DNA of 64,000 nt, from assembly GCA_045650605.1 (NCBI GenBank), contig JAZRRI010000036.1, positions 18,755 through 82,754 on the forward strand, read 5' to 3'. The notes below the pieces were generated by a model. That model saw only the letters and a program-made list of their open reading frames with translations. It did not search any database and had not been told where the DNA came from. Made by a program: the position numbers and the translations under genes. The DNA is from Bacteroidaceae bacterium. Its GTDB lineage: Bacteria; Bacteroidota; Bacteroidia; Bacteroidales; Bacteroidaceae. Below are positions 46,122 through 56,610 of this stretch, piece by piece. Numbering within the stretch: the first letter of the stretch is position 1; every line of letters begins with the position of its first letter.

Positions 46122-47918
46122 TTATTCACCTTTACCCTCGAGCTTGCTCTTGAGTGCAGCAAGTGCGTCGATGTCGCCGAGAGTTGTTGAAGCAGCCTGG
46201 TTCTGGATTGCAGGAGCTGCCTCCTCTGCCTTCTTGCTCTTGCGAGCTGCAGCAGCGGCCTTCTTCTCAGCCTTCTCCTCCTCCTTTGCTGCATCTTCGA
46301 AGATGCGGCTGTGAGAAAGGATGATGCGCTTAGCCTCCTTGTTGAACTCGATTACCTTGAATGACAACTTCTCCTCAGCAGCAGCCTGTGTGCCATCCTC
46401 CTTAACGAGGTGCTTTGGAGTAGCGAAGCCCTCAACGCCGTAAGGCAATGAAACAACTGCGCCCTTGTCGATGAGCTCTGTGATAACACCCTCGTGGATT
46501 GAGCCAACAGTGAACACTGTCTCGAATACATCCCATGGGTTCTCCTCCAACTGCTTGTGGCCAAGGCTCAAGCGGCGGTTCTCCTTGTCGATTTCCAATA
46601 CCTGAACATCGATAGCCTCGCCAATCTGTGTGAACTCAGATGGGTGCTTAACCTTCTTTGTCCAAGAGAGGTCGCTGATGTGGATAAGGCCGTCAACACC
46701 CTCCTCAATCTCAACGAAGATACCGAAGTTGGTGAAGTTGCGAACCTTAGCAGTGTGCTTTGAACCGATAGGATACTTCTCCTCGATGCTTGCCCATGGA
46801 TCCTCCTTGAGCTGCTTGATACCGAGTGACATCTTACGCTCGTCGCGGTCGAGTGTGAGGATAACTGCCTCTACCTCTTCGCCAACCTTCATGAAGTCCT
46901 GAGCTGAACGCAAGTGCTGGTTCCAAGACATCTCTGAAACGTGGATAAGACCCTCAACGCCTGGAGCAATCTCAATGAATGCACCGTAGTCGGCCATAAC
47001 AACAACCTTACCCTTAACTACGTCGCCTACCTTGAGGTCAGCGTCGATAGCATCCCATGGGTGTGGAGTGAGCTGCTTCAAACCGAGAGCAATGCGCTTC
47101 TTCTCATCATCGAAGTCGATGATAACGACATTAATCTTCTGGTCGAGAGTTACAACCTCTGTAGGATCGTTTACGCGGCCCCAAGAGAGGTCTGTGATGT
47201 GGATAAGACCGTCAACACCACCGAGGTCGATGAATACACCGTAAGAAGTGATGTTCTTGACTGTACCCTCAAGTACCTGACCCTTCTCAAGTGTGCTGAT
47301 AATCTTCTTCTTCTGCTCCTCAAGCTCAGCCTCGATGAGAGCCTTGTGAGAAACGACAACGTTCTTGAATTCCTGGTTAATCTTAACGATTTTGAAGTCT
47401 TCTGTCTGGCCAACGTATGCATCGTAGTCACGGATAGGCTTAACGTCAATCTGTGAACCTGGCAAGAATGCCTCGATACCGAATACGTCAACAATCATAC
47501 CGCCCTTAGTGCGGCACTTGATGTAGCCACGTACAACTGCCTGCTCTTCCATAGCCTTGTTTACAAGCTCCCAAGAACGGCTTGCGCGTGCTTTCTTGTG
47601 TGAAAGGCTCAACTGGCCCTTCTTGTCCTCCAAGTTCTCGATGTAAACCTCAACCTGGTCACCAACCTTAAGGTCTGGGTTGTAGCGGAACTCGCTGATG
47701 GGGATGATAGCGTCCTGCTTGTAGTTGATGTCTACAATAACTTCACGCTTGTTGATACCGATAACGGTACCCATTACTACTTCGCGGCTTGATACCTTGT
47801 TGAGTGTGCCGTCATAGGCCTGCTCAAGCTGCTCATAAGAAAGACCTGAGATGTTCTCGCCTTTCTCGTACGACTCCCAATTGAAATCGGGTGTACCTGT
47901 TAGAATTTCGTTGCTCAT
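46122..47918 (-). CDS. rpsA: 30S ribosomal protein S1
   Basis: 598 aa. Six S1 repeats and an Ala/Lys/Glu-rich C-terminal tail. Confidence 0.95.
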   Translation of the reverse strand: MSNEILTGTPDFNWESYEKGENISGLSYEQLEQAYDGTLNKVSSREVVMGTVIGINKREVIVDINYKQDAIIPISEFRYNPDLKVGDQVEVYIENLEDKKGQLSLSHKKARASRSWELVNKAMEEQAVVRGYIKCRTKGGMIVDVFGIEAFLPGSQIDVKPIRDYDAYVGQTEDFKIVKINQEFKNVVVSHKALIEAELEEQKKKIISTLEKGQVLEGTVKNITSYGVFIDLGGVDGLIHITDLSWGRVNDPTEVVTLDQKINVVIIDFDDEKKRIALGLKQLTPHPWDAIDADLKVGDVVKGKVVVMADYGAFIEIAPGVEGLIHVSEMSWNQHLRSAQDFMKVGEEVEAVILTLDRDERKMSLGIKQLKEDPWASIEEKYPIGSKHTAKVRNFTNFGIFVEIEEGVDGLIHISDLSWTKKVKHPSEFTQIGEAIDVQVLEIDKENRRLSLGHKQLEENPWDVFETVFTVGSIHEGVITELIDKGAVVSLPYGVEGFATPKHLVKEDGTQAAAEEKLSFKVIEFNKEAKRIILSHSRIFEDAAKEEEKAEKKAAAAARKSKKAEEAAPAIQNQAASTTLGDIDALAALKSKLEGKGE

Positions 47919-47968
47919 AATTTTTTAAAAGTTAATGAGTTAGACATTATGTTGATAGAATTCGGCCG

Positions 47969-47976
47969 CAAAGGTA
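47969..47976 (-). promoter_or_regulatory. -7 box (TACCTTTG) for rpsA
   Basis: Minus-strand TAnnTTTG match 51 nt upstream of the ATG. Confidence 0.5.
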
Positions 47977-48069
47977 CAACTTTTTTGTCAAATAACTGTG
48001 TTGTGGCAATGATTTTTTTAAAAAAATATTTTTTTTTTGCTCAACATTACCGCTTTCGCATATAAATAT

Positions 48070-48077
48070 TAAATTTG
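48070..48077 (+). promoter_or_regulatory. -7 box (TAAATTTG)
   Basis: TAnnTTTG match 30 nt upstream of the ATG at 48107. Confidence 0.45.
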
Positions 48078-48106
48078 TGCTGAAACTGTACTTTATCTTT
48101 ATCTTT

Positions 48107-49405
48107 ATGTCTGATTACTGTATTTATACCGACGAATCATATCATGCGCCATGCAGAGCCTTGGTGCTCAATTACATTCATAGGACCATGGACATGTCTG
48201 TCGCGGGCGGTTCTCAAAGAGCTCAGCTCATAATTATCCCCGAAAAAGCAAATTATCCAATTGTTTCAGAGAATTATTACGATTGTGGCAAAACCGAAAT
48301 ACTTGGCTTGGATTCTGAAGATAATCTTCTCTTGCGCTGGCATAAAAGGGAGTATTCACTGCCTAAGGGAGAAATGCTCGAAACAGAGACCCTGGGTATC
48401 GATAACCCATACCTGAGTCGTGAAGAGGTGTCTATGAGATATGACTATCTCGATTTGGATGATGTCCTTGATGCTGTGGAGTATTTTTACGATGATGTCA
48501 GGGGGCGGTGCTCTTCATTAAGCCGGTATGCGATGGATGAGAGAGATATGGCTCTTGAGTTGCTGTGGCATGCCATAGAAAAAGGTAATGTGGGGCTCTA
48601 TCCCTCATACGCATTATTGAAATCGTGCAACAATTGGGCTTCGTTGACTATTACCGATACCGATACCTTTGTATCCATCATGCGTCAAGGAATAGATTCG
48701 GGTTGCTTTGCTCCACACAAAGAAGATGGAGTCTATAATCTTGCTGCATTGCTCGAGCAGAACAAGACCGATGACGTTTTCACTCTCATGCCCGAACTGA
48801 AAGGAATAATGGACAGTTTGGCCCAAGGCGGGAATAAGCTTGCAGCCAAAATTGCAGCCTACGGAATAGAATGTGCCGAAAAGACCTCGCGTCGGGACCC
48901 CGAGAAGGTAACTCCGGTATTCATCATCTGTAAAGTGGATGCCAACGGTGTAGAGTATAGCTGTAATCTTTTTATAGGTGATGAAATCAAGCCGTGCGCT
49001 GTTGTGGATTTTGATGGAACGGATGCTCTGGAGATTCTTGAAACAAGCAAAGAGTCTATTTCTTTTACGTGGTGCGGCGAGAAGTTCCGTATTGAAGAGT
49101 CTTCCTTTTATCAGCGTTTTACAACCGATTTGAGCAAATCAAGACTGAAATTGTGTTTCAGTTACCGGAACCTGTGGGAGCTTCTTAAAGAAGAGGTCTT
49201 CCATGTGTCGTATTCTCAGACGTCCAACAATCCCGATGAAAAACATCGTATAGAATCTCTTAAAAAATGTGTGATGAAACTTGTAGAGTGGCTTATTGCC
49301 GAGGGTGATGAAAAGAGTATTGAACTGCGCGAGGCACTGGAGGCCAACGAAATTTGGAGGTGTTTTGTCTGGAATGGCGAACTTAATCATATGCTCATGT
49401 GGTAA
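48107..49405 (+). CDS. hypothetical protein
   Basis: 432 aa from the ATG at 48107 (the track start at 48077 is GTG). No family recognised. Confidence 0.5.
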   Translation: MSDYCIYTDESYHAPCRALVLNYIHRTMDMSVAGGSQRAQLIIIPEKANYPIVSENYYDCGKTEILGLDSEDNLLLRWHKREYSLPKGEMLETETLGIDNPYLSREEVSMRYDYLDLDDVLDAVEYFYDDVRGRCSSLSRYAMDERDMALELLWHAIEKGNVGLYPSYALLKSCNNWASLTITDTDTFVSIMRQGIDSGCFAPHKEDGVYNLAALLEQNKTDDVFTLMPELKGIMDSLAQGGNKLAAKIAAYGIECAEKTSRRDPEKVTPVFIICKVDANGVEYSCNLFIGDEIKPCAVVDFDGTDALEILETSKESISFTWCGEKFRIEESSFYQRFTTDLSKSRLKLCFSYRNLWELLKEEVFHVSYSQTSNNPDEKHRIESLKKCVMKLVEWLIAEGDEKSIELREALEANEIWRCFVWNGELNHMLMW

Positions 49406-49471
49406 GCGCTCACAGTTGCTGCCAAACATGAAAAAGATTGGTGGGTTTCATTGATATTCTGCGATTATTTA

Positions 49472-49479
49472 TATTTTTG
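49472..49479 (+). promoter_or_regulatory. -7 box (TATTTTTG)
   Basis: TAnnTTTG match 70 nt upstream of the marC-family ATG. Confidence 0.4.
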
Positions 49480-49549
49480 CATCAATTATATGTTGTAGCA
49501 TATATATATGGTGTGATGATTGTTACATATTTAGATAAATAAGATATTT

Positions 49550-50173
49550 ATGGAAATTTTTTCGGCTTTCAACACGGTGGAGTTCCTCAGCGCCTTCATT
49601 GTGCTCTTCGCAGTAATTGACCCCATTGGCATCATGCCCATTGTGCTCTCAATCCGTGACAAGGGAAAGATAATTGACCCCGGAAAGGCTGTCTTCTACG
49701 CCTTCTCTCTCATGTTGATATTCTTCTTCGTGGGCGATTGGATACTGAACCTCTTTGGTGTCGACATCAACTCCTTTGCCGTTGCCGGTGCGCTCATCAT
49801 CTTCCTCATGGCCATTGAGATGGTGCTCGACATCGAGATTTTCAAGGACTCCTCAATAGCGGCAAACAATGCCACAATGGTTCCGTTGGTATTCCCCCTG
49901 CTTGCCGGTGCCGGTTCATTCACAACCCTGCTGTCATTGAAGGCCGAGTATGCAGGCATCAACATCCTCATTGCCCTGCTTGTAAATGCAGTGGTAGTCT
50001 TCATCATGCTCAGTGCTACAGCCCATCTGCAGCGTATGTTGGGCAAGGGCGGCATCTATTTCACACGCAAGTTCTTCGGTATAATCCTGCTTGCAATCTC
50101 GGTCAAGCTCTTTACCTCGAACCTGCTTCACTTTATAAATATGGTAAGTTCCACAACAATGGCGGAGGGGTGA
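49550..50173 (+). CDS. MarC family (UPF0056) membrane protein
   Basis: 207 aa, polytopic. N-terminus FIVLFAVIDPIGIMPI is typical of MarC-family proteins. Confidence 0.8.
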   Translation: MEIFSAFNTVEFLSAFIVLFAVIDPIGIMPIVLSIRDKGKIIDPGKAVFYAFSLMLIFFFVGDWILNLFGVDINSFAVAGALIIFLMAIEMVLDIEIFKDSSIAANNATMVPLVFPLLAGAGSFTTLLSLKAEYAGINILIALLVNAVVVFIMLSATAHLQRMLGKGGIYFTRKFFGIILLAISVKLFTSNLLHFINMVSSTTMAEG

Positions 50174-50188
50174 TTCTCCCTTTGTGAT

Positions 50189-50227
50189 AAAAAAACGATA
50201 GCCGCGGCGCGGCTATCGTTTTTTTTT
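50189..50227. terminator. bidirectional rho-independent terminator
   Basis: A-run, stem acgatagccgc / gcggctatcgt, then T-run, between convergent genes. Confidence 0.8.
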
Positions 50228-50238
50228 ATGAATGTTTC

Positions 50239-51234
50239 TTAGAATCCCTCTGTTGCATAGGTCTGCAGTGCGCCGTCCTTGTTGCTGTATATGAAGAATG
50301 CTTCAATGCTGTCCTTCCTGCACTGCTCAATGGCCTTTTCAAGCCCCATTACCATGAATGATGTTGCATAGGCATCGGCCTTGGCGCAGTTCTCGGCAAT
50401 CACCGTTGCGCTCAACAGCGAGTGCTGCACGGGGTAACCTGTGCGCGGGTCAATGGTGTGGGCATACTTCTTCCCGTTCTCAATGCGGAAATTGCGGTAG
50501 TTGCCCGATGTTGCCATGGCCTTGCCGCTTATGGCAATGATTCTCTGGTGTGCGTTGTGGCTGCCTGTGGTGTTCTCTGTCGGCTTGCTTATGCTGATGT
50601 TCCACTCCGTGCCGCGGTCATTCACACCCTTTGTCACCACTTCGCCGCCAATCTCAATCATATAATCGGTAATATTCCTGCTGTCGAGCATGCGTGCCAC
50701 CATGTCACAACCGTAACCCTTGGCTATGGCACCGCAGTCCAGCATTGTACCGGGGTTCTCTTTTACAACTTTGCCGTCAACCAGTGCCACTGTAGTGTAG
50801 CCCACCTTGCTGCGCAGTTCCTCAACTGTTGCACTGTCGGGCAGTTCGCCTTTCTTGAAACCGAACCCCCATGCGTTCACAAGCGGAGCTACGGTTATGT
50901 CGAATGCGCCGTCGGTCTTTGCCGAAATCTCCTGCGCAAGGTTGAACACTTCGGTGAACATCTCGTTTGCAGTGGTGTCCCTGTTGCTGTTGAATGCACT
51001 TATTATGGAGTTCCTGTTGAACATCGACAGCGAGTTGTCCACCTGCAACAATGTTGCCTTTATTTCCTCGTGCAAATCCTCCACGCTCTTGTATTTGATG
51101 TTGTACTGTGTACCGAAGATGTATCCGCTGTTGGTTGTGTACACCTCGGGAGTGTGGTTCCTTAGAATGTAGAATGTGCCTACAATAAGGAAAAGCAGGA
51201 ATACTATCTTTACTTTGCTCAATTTACCGTTCAT
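50239..51234 (-). CDS. apbE: FAD:protein FMN transferase (ApbE family)
   Basis: 331 aa. N-terminal anchor and ApbE-like motifs (AFDITVAPLVNAWGFG, GAIAKGY, SGNYRN). Confidence 0.85.
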   Translation of the reverse strand: MNGKLSKVKIVFLLFLIVGTFYILRNHTPEVYTTNSGYIFGTQYNIKYKSVEDLHEEIKATLLQVDNSLSMFNRNSIISAFNSNRDTTANEMFTEVFNLAQEISAKTDGAFDITVAPLVNAWGFGFKKGELPDSATVEELRSKVGYTTVALVDGKVVKENPGTMLDCGAIAKGYGCDMVARMLDSRNITDYMIEIGGEVVTKGVNDRGTEWNISISKPTENTTGSHNAHQRIIAISGKAMATSGNYRNFRIENGKKYAHTIDPRTGYPVQHSLLSATVIAENCAKADAYATSFMVMGLEKAIEQCRKDSIEAFFIYSNKDGALQTYATEGF

Positions 51235-51305
51235 TTCTTTATATAAATATTAAAAATTTTAGCAGCAATATAACTGTGGATATGTGGCTCATTTTCTTTG
51301 CGAAC

Positions 51306-51332
51306 TTCTCATTCTGACGTTAGGAAGAATCT
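51306..51332. repeat. family A half-repeat
   Basis: ttctcattctgacgttaggaagaatct. Confidence 0.5.
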
Positions 51333-51386
51333 AAAGTATACGTATTGTGTATGTGTCATATCGACCGTAGTGGAGATATCTTAGCT

Positions 51387-52079
51387 TTAAAGTGGAATAT
51401 CATATGTCAGGTTATACGTGCCTCCAAAGCGGGTGCTCTGGTTTATTCCATAGCCCGGTATGTACCACATCTTTGAGTTCTCGCCCACCTTTTCGTTCAT
51501 TCTCACCTTGTAGCGCACGCTCCAGCCCATCTTGAATCCCTTTGCAATCTCCACCTTTATTCCGGCACCAATCTCTCCCCATAGGCATGCTCCATCAACG
51601 CCCTTCAGGTCAAGTGCAACCTCTCCGCCCCATACGGGGTCGGTTATGGGCGGTGTTGCAACGTCGTACTTGAAACCGGTCCATCCAATGCGCACCAGTC
51701 CATAAATGTAGTGCTTTGGGTTGGGGTTGTCCTTTTTTGTGAGGAAATTGTAGTTGAAGCCGGCTCTGTAGTATGGCGCATTAGTGCGGTATTTTATGCC
51801 GCTGCTCTCGTCGGTGGTATTGCACCATGCCCATCCGAACTCGGCAACGGGGTAGAGGCGGTTGCCAAAGTTCAGTTCGGCTGCAGCCTCAGTGCTTATG
51901 CCTTCGCCAATGAGCGACTGTGCACAACCGAATATGTCGGCTGAGAAGCCAAACCCCTTGAATGCAAAAAACTCTCCAAGGTTCACCTGCTCCCTTTTCT
52001 CCTTTTTGTCCTGTGCAACGGTGTCAAGCGGCGAAAACAACAGTATGCTACTCAGTAAAATATAGCTTAATATTCTCAT
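51387..52079 (-). CDS. predicted outer-membrane beta-barrel protein (DUF6048-like)
   Basis: 230 aa from the ATG at 52079 (the track start is TTG). Signal peptide, alternating beta-strand pattern and an aromatic-rich C-terminus. Confidence 0.55.
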   Translation of the reverse strand: MRILSYILLSSILLFSPLDTVAQDKKEKREQVNLGEFFAFKGFGFSADIFGCAQSLIGEGISTEAAAELNFGNRLYPVAEFGWAWCNTTDESSGIKYRTNAPYYRAGFNYNFLTKKDNPNPKHYIYGLVRIGWTGFKYDVATPPITDPVWGGEVALDLKGVDGACLWGEIGAGIKVEIAKGFKMGWSVRYKVRMNEKVGENSKMWYIPGYGINQSTRFGGTYNLTYDIPL

Positions 52080-52545
52080 TATTGTCAAAGTTGACGTTGG
52101 TCTCGTTCACTGCCAACGAGTCAATTATAACATTTGTGGATGTGGTGGTTGTGAGCCTGTGGTGCATTATCACACCGCACTCCATCGATTGGTAGATGGG
52201 TATGTTGCTGTGCCCTATGTACAGCGTGTCGCTGTAACGGTCAAGGAAGTCCATTATCACCGTGTCGCAGGTGGCTGTGTAGCTCATTGGCAACTTAATC
52301 TCCTTGGCATTGGTAACATGGTTTACAACAATGTAGCTTTCTCCGTTTACCATCATGGACACCGTCAAGGCATCGGGGAGTGCATACTCCTTTTCTGTTC
52401 CGTCGCTGCCAATGGTATAGAATTTTATGCGGTTGTATGCAACGTTCTCCAGTGCACAGTCATAACCGCTGTCACATCCGGCAAACAGCATGCAGCACAA
52501 TGCCAGGGATGCGGATATCAGTCGTGCGGCTACAGCTTTCATCAT
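52048..52545 (-). CDS. lipoprotein (DUF6452-like)
   Basis: 165 aa from MMKAVAARLISASLALCCMLFAGCDSG (lipobox AGC). The long track ORF upstream overlaps the GT2 gene out of frame and is rejected. Confidence 0.6.
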   Translation of the reverse strand: MMKAVAARLISASLALCCMLFAGCDSGYDCALENVAYNRIKFYTIGSDGTEKEYALPDALTVSMMVNGESYIVVNHVTNAKEIKLPMSYTATCDTVIMDFLDRYSDTLYIGHSNIPIYQSMECGVIMHHRLTTTTSTNVIIDSLAVNETNVNFDNNENIKLYFTE

Positions 52546-53492
52546 ATCTCCTTTGAAATGTTGTATTTGTTCCTCTCTTGTGACGAGCGGCTCACAAGCT
52601 CGGCAATGAAGCCTGTGAGGAAAAGCTGTGTGCCCAGAATCATCATTGTCAGTGCAATGTAGAAGTAGGGCGAGTCGGTCACCAGTCGGCTTGGCTCGCA
52701 GTTTGCGAGGGCAATAATCTTTGTCGTGCCTACTATTATGGCCGATACAAAGCCAATCATGAACATGAGCGTGCCCCATAGACCGAATATGTGCATTGGT
52801 CTGCGGCTGAACCTTGAAAGGAACCACAATGATATGAGGTCGAGGTAACCGTGGAAGAAACGGCTTATACCGAACTTGCTCTTGCCATATTTTCGCGCCT
52901 GGTGATGCACCACAAGCTCACCAATCTTCTCGTAACCCGCATTCTTTGCAAGGTAGGGGATGTAGCGGTGCATGTCGCCATAAACCTCAATGTTCTTCAC
53001 TACCTCGTTACGGTAGGCCTTGAGGCCGCAGTTGAAGTCGTGCAGGTTCTTTATACCCGACACCTTTCGTGCCGTCGCATTGAACAGCTTTGTGGGTATT
53101 GTCTTGCTCAGCGGGTCGTATCGCTTCTGCTTGTAGCCCGATACAAGGTCATACCCCTCCTCGGTAACCATCCTGTAAAGAATGGGGATTTCATCGGGGC
53201 TGTCCTGCAGGTCGGCATCCATTGTAATCACAACATCACCCTTTGCGCGCTCAAAGCCGCAGTACAGGGCGGGCGACTTGCCATAGTTGCGGCGGAACTT
53301 TATGCCGTGTATGCAGTCGTTCTTCTCCTGCAACTGCTCAATGACATCCCATGAGTCGTCAGTGCTGCCGTCGTTTATGAATATTATCTCATATGTGAAG
53401 CTGTTCTCCTTCATCACACGCTCAATCCACGCAGTGAGCTCGGGCAGCGATTCGGCCTCGTTGTAGAGTGGTATAATAACGGATATGTCCAT
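52542..53492 (-). CDS. glycosyltransferase family 2 (polyprenol-phosphate sugar synthase-like)
   Basis: 316 aa from the ATG at 53492 (MDISVIIPLYNEA; the track start is TTG). DGSTDDS and DADLQD motifs and two C-terminal TMs. Confidence 0.85.
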   Translation of the reverse strand: MDISVIIPLYNEAESLPELTAWIERVMKENSFTYEIIFINDGSTDDSWDVIEQLQEKNDCIHGIKFRRNYGKSPALYCGFERAKGDVVITMDADLQDSPDEIPILYRMVTEEGYDLVSGYKQKRYDPLSKTIPTKLFNATARKVSGIKNLHDFNCGLKAYRNEVVKNIEVYGDMHRYIPYLAKNAGYEKIGELVVHHQARKYGKSKFGISRFFHGYLDLISLWFLSRFSRRPMHIFGLWGTLMFMIGFVSAIIVGTTKIIALANCEPSRLVTDSPYFYIALTMMILGTQLFLTGFIAELVSRSSQERNKYNISKEI

Positions 53493-53505
53493 ATGTCGTA
53501 TGCTG

Positions 53506-54033
53506 TTATCGTTGGTTCTTTCTTGCAAATGTTGCTATTACGGGTGGTATTATCACGGAACTGAATATGTTGTTGCTCAGCAATTGCCATACTAAATCTG
53601 TTGAGGTGAGCTGTGAAAGCTCGTCCTGCAGGTTTTCCAACCCTGCTTTCTCTTCCACGGCAATGCCCGGGGTAGCTATTATCTGGGACAGTATGTTGTT
53701 CATCTCCATCAGCAGTTCCCCTTGGTCAATTAAGTTGAAGAATATGTAGTTTGTGAGTGTGCTGAAAAGTGTGGCACAGATGTACATGCACGTGAGGAAT
53801 ACCCATGCCTGTGGGAACTCCATGCGGTCTCCGCACTCGCTCTTGCGGTAGCCTACAACGAGCCTGCATGCAATGAACGGCGATGCAAAGAACAGTGTCA
53901 TTGCAACCAGCGAGAATAACGGGCTGGTGTACGACTTGAAGAGCAATATATACATTATTGCCCAAACGATACCCAAATAAGTACCGCACCTCATTGCATT
54001 GTGGTAGAACCCTTTTAAATTATTCTGCTCCAT
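53506..54033 (-). CDS. DUF4199-like small membrane protein
   Basis: 175 aa from the ATG at 54033 (MEQNNLKGFYHNAMRCGTYLG). Four hydrophobic segments. The upstream part of the track ORF is antisense to the nucleotidyltransferase gene. Confidence 0.6.
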   Translation of the reverse strand: MEQNNLKGFYHNAMRCGTYLGIVWAIMYILLFKSYTSPLFSLVAMTLFFASPFIACRLVVGYRKSECGDRMEFPQAWVFLTCMYICATLFSTLTNYIFFNLIDQGELLMEMNNILSQIIATPGIAVEEKAGLENLQDELSQLTSTDLVWQLLSNNIFSSVIIPPVIATFARKNQR

Positions 54034-54195
54034 TTTTCGGCTTTGTAACACCTTGCGAAGATACGAATAAGTGAGCGAAATAATGTCAAGCTTGCTTGAA
54101 TATTTCAAAGCGAGTGCATAAAATATTTCCCTTATTCCTTTTTTTGCACTATTTTCGTGACACGAAAGGAAAACAACAAACATATAATAGACACT

Positions 54196-54993
54196 ATGAA
54201 AGCAATGATTTTTGCGGCGGGGCTTGGAACCCGTCTTAAACCGCTTACCGACACGCTTCCCAAAGCCCTTGTCCCCGTGTGCGGCAAACCGCTCATTGAG
54301 CACGTGGCACGCAAACTGTTCTCTGTAGGCATTGACGAGGCGGTGGTGAACATACACTATTTTGCCGACAAGGTAGAGCAGTGGGTCGATGGTGAAGAGT
54401 GGATTGTAACCGACAAGAGCGAAAAGAGCGAAGGCAAGATGCTGGTGGAGATTAGTGACGAGCGCGAACTGTTGCTTGAGACGGGCGGAGCAGTGCTCCA
54501 TGCGCGCCGCTATCTTGAGGGTTGTGGACGTTTCCTCATCCATAATGTCGATATCCTCTCGAACTGCGATATACAGTGGTTCGAGCAGCAAGTGAAGGAG
54601 GATGCCCTTGCATCACTGCTTGTGAGTGAGCGCAAGACAACACGTTTCCTGCTTTTTGAGCCCGATACCATGCGCATGGTTGGCTGGATGAATACCGACA
54701 CCGGGGACTATAGCGTAACATCGCCCGACATTGTTCCTGCCGAGTGCCGTGCATTGGCATTCTCGGGTATCCACATACTCAGCGACAAGGTGCTTGCATT
54801 GATGGAGGAGTATGTCTGCGAGAAAGGCCTGCCGGTCGACGAGGTGAAGGGCACCCGTTTCCCAATCATGAGTTTCTATATGTGGGCTGCAGCAAAGTAT
54901 CCAATCTATGGCGTAGTTGCCAAGGATTTGCAGTTCATTGATGTGGGCAAGCTGGATGCCTTGAAGCCCGCCGAGGAGTTTATTAAAGGTTAA
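54196..54993 (+). CDS. sugar-phosphate nucleotidyltransferase family protein (MurU-like)
   Basis: 265 aa from MKAMIFAAGLGTRLKPLTD (G-x-G-T-R-x signature). Confidence 0.8.
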   Translation: MKAMIFAAGLGTRLKPLTDTLPKALVPVCGKPLIEHVARKLFSVGIDEAVVNIHYFADKVEQWVDGEEWIVTDKSEKSEGKMLVEISDERELLLETGGAVLHARRYLEGCGRFLIHNVDILSNCDIQWFEQQVKEDALASLLVSERKTTRFLLFEPDTMRMVGWMNTDTGDYSVTSPDIVPAECRALAFSGIHILSDKVLALMEEYVCEKGLPVDEVKGTRFPIMSFYMWAAAKYPIYGVVAKDLQFIDVGKLDALKPAEEFIKG

Positions 54994-56122
54994 AGGTGAA
55001 AACGGAAAGCTTGTGCAAGTGAGTGAAAACCAAGTTTACTTGAGTTTTTACAGCGAGCGTGAACAGGTTCAAGCGCACGCAGTGCGGTTAAAACTGCGAA
55101 CTTGTCATCCTGAGCGTAGTCGAAGGATCTATTAAAAAATCGACGGGCGGACACGGCATGCCGTGTCCCTACAAACCGCACACACCCGTTGGGGAGGGGT
55201 CTGCCCGCCCCAATGAAAACATCCACCGCTGCGTTTTTCGAACTCCCTCCGCTGCGCTCGTCCCTCTTTGCGAAAGAGGGACAGTTTTTTTCGTGTGCCC
55301 GCCCAAAACTCGCGAAACAAACAAAAAACTCTCCCTCTTTGCGAAAGAGGGAGTACGGCTTTAGCCGGGAGGGAGTTCAAAATCAATGGGCGAACACAAC
55401 CGCGGAATCTCCAACTCCTTCCCCCTGCGGGTACTTGCCTTTGGCGAAGTTGCTTGCGTTCGTTGTGCAATTGCAAACAAGTTTGCATTGTACTCACTTA
55501 CTCGCAACATTCCTCTTGCACAAGAGGAAGAGTATTAACCACGTACGTGAACGACAAAGCATAACGCAACAGCACCCACCGTAGGGGCGGGGTCTGCCCG
55601 CCCAAAAACCGCGGACTGGAACAATTGTCCCTCTTAATGAAGAGGGACGAGCGTAGCGGAGGGAGTTCGATAACCCGCCATCCAAAAACTCGCTTTCGCT
55701 CGTCGTCAAATTCTACAGCAGCCCCCAACCTTAATTGTTCACTTGTATTTTTCTTCAACTCTTTCTCTCTGTACTTTTTTGAAAAAAGTACCAAAAACGG
55801 GGCAGCTGTGTCCGGCATTCGGTGCTAAAAGTTGACAACATTGCCTTCTCGCACCCCGTGCGGTGCAAACTACGCCTGCACTGCGCACGACTATATGCTG
55901 TCAATGTTGTCGATTTGCGGAGCAAATTCAAGAGTCGCTTTGCGACATCTTTCGGTCGGTGCGCACTTCGCTGCTCGCTGCTTGTCGCAATGCTTGGGGC
56001 GGCAAGAACTCGCTGCGCTCAAACATCATGCCACCTGTTTCCAAACATTGCTCGGCTGCTCACTGTGCCTCCCAACGCTGCCCTCCCGCCGTTGGCGGGG
56101 AATTACCTTTTGCACGGCATTT

Positions 56123-56403
56123 TCGAACTCCCTCCGCTGCGCTCGCCCCTCTTTGTCGAAAGAGAGGCAGTTTTTTTCGCGTGTTCGCCCGATAACCGCA
56201 CGCCCGTAGGGGCGAACCGGTGTGTTCGCCCACCCAATGAAAACGCCTACCGCTGCGTTTTTCGAACTCCCTCCGCTACGCTCGCCCCTCTTTGTCGAAA
56301 GAGAGGCAGTTTTTTTCCGCGTGTTCGCCCGATAACATCGCCTACCGTACGGGCGGGGTCTGCCCGCCCAATGAAAACACCCACCGCTGCGTTTCTCGAA
56401 CTA
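56123..56403 (+). repeat. tandem direct repeat, period ~134-139 bp, about 2 units
   Basis: The unit starts tcgaactccctccgct(g/a)cgctcgcccctctttgtcgaaagagaggcagttttttt... at 56123 and 56262, with a truncated third start at 56396. A related single copy starts at 55238. Confidence 0.8.
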
Positions 56404-56610
56404 CAGAAAAAGACATTAATCTGCTACTACCCGGCAACTGGCAGCCACTGGCAGTTAATGGCAGAAAATAACACGCTACTGACAATTAATAGCCGCTACT
56501 AACGGGTACTACCTGCCAGTAGCGGCTAATTTATTGAATGTACTTTGTCGGAGGCTTACTTATAATGGATTCTTCGCGTTGTCAGGAGTGACAAATTTGC
56601 GGTTTTTATG

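Noticed and set aside
52048-52827. Full 259-aa ORF overlapping the GT2 gene.
   Set aside because: The first 94 codons overlap the 3' end of the glycosyltransferase gene and are His/Arg/Cys-rich. MMKAVAARL...FAGC at 52545 gives a proper lipoprotein signal.
53506-54591. Full 361-aa minus-strand ORF as given in the track.
   Set aside because: The upstream ~185 codons are antisense to the nucleotidyltransferase gene and its promoter region. A good ATG at 54033 yields a compact four-TM DUF4199-like protein.
55822-56502. 226-aa ORF, plus overlapping ORFs at 55832-56209, 55863-56195, 55189-55584 and others, in the gap before the T9SS cargo gene.
   Set aside because: The translations are Ala/Arg/Pro/Cys-rich and low in complexity, and they literally repeat (FELPPLRSPLF...) because they read through DNA repeat units. 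Several mutually overlapping frames are open. Treated as non-coding repeat DNA.
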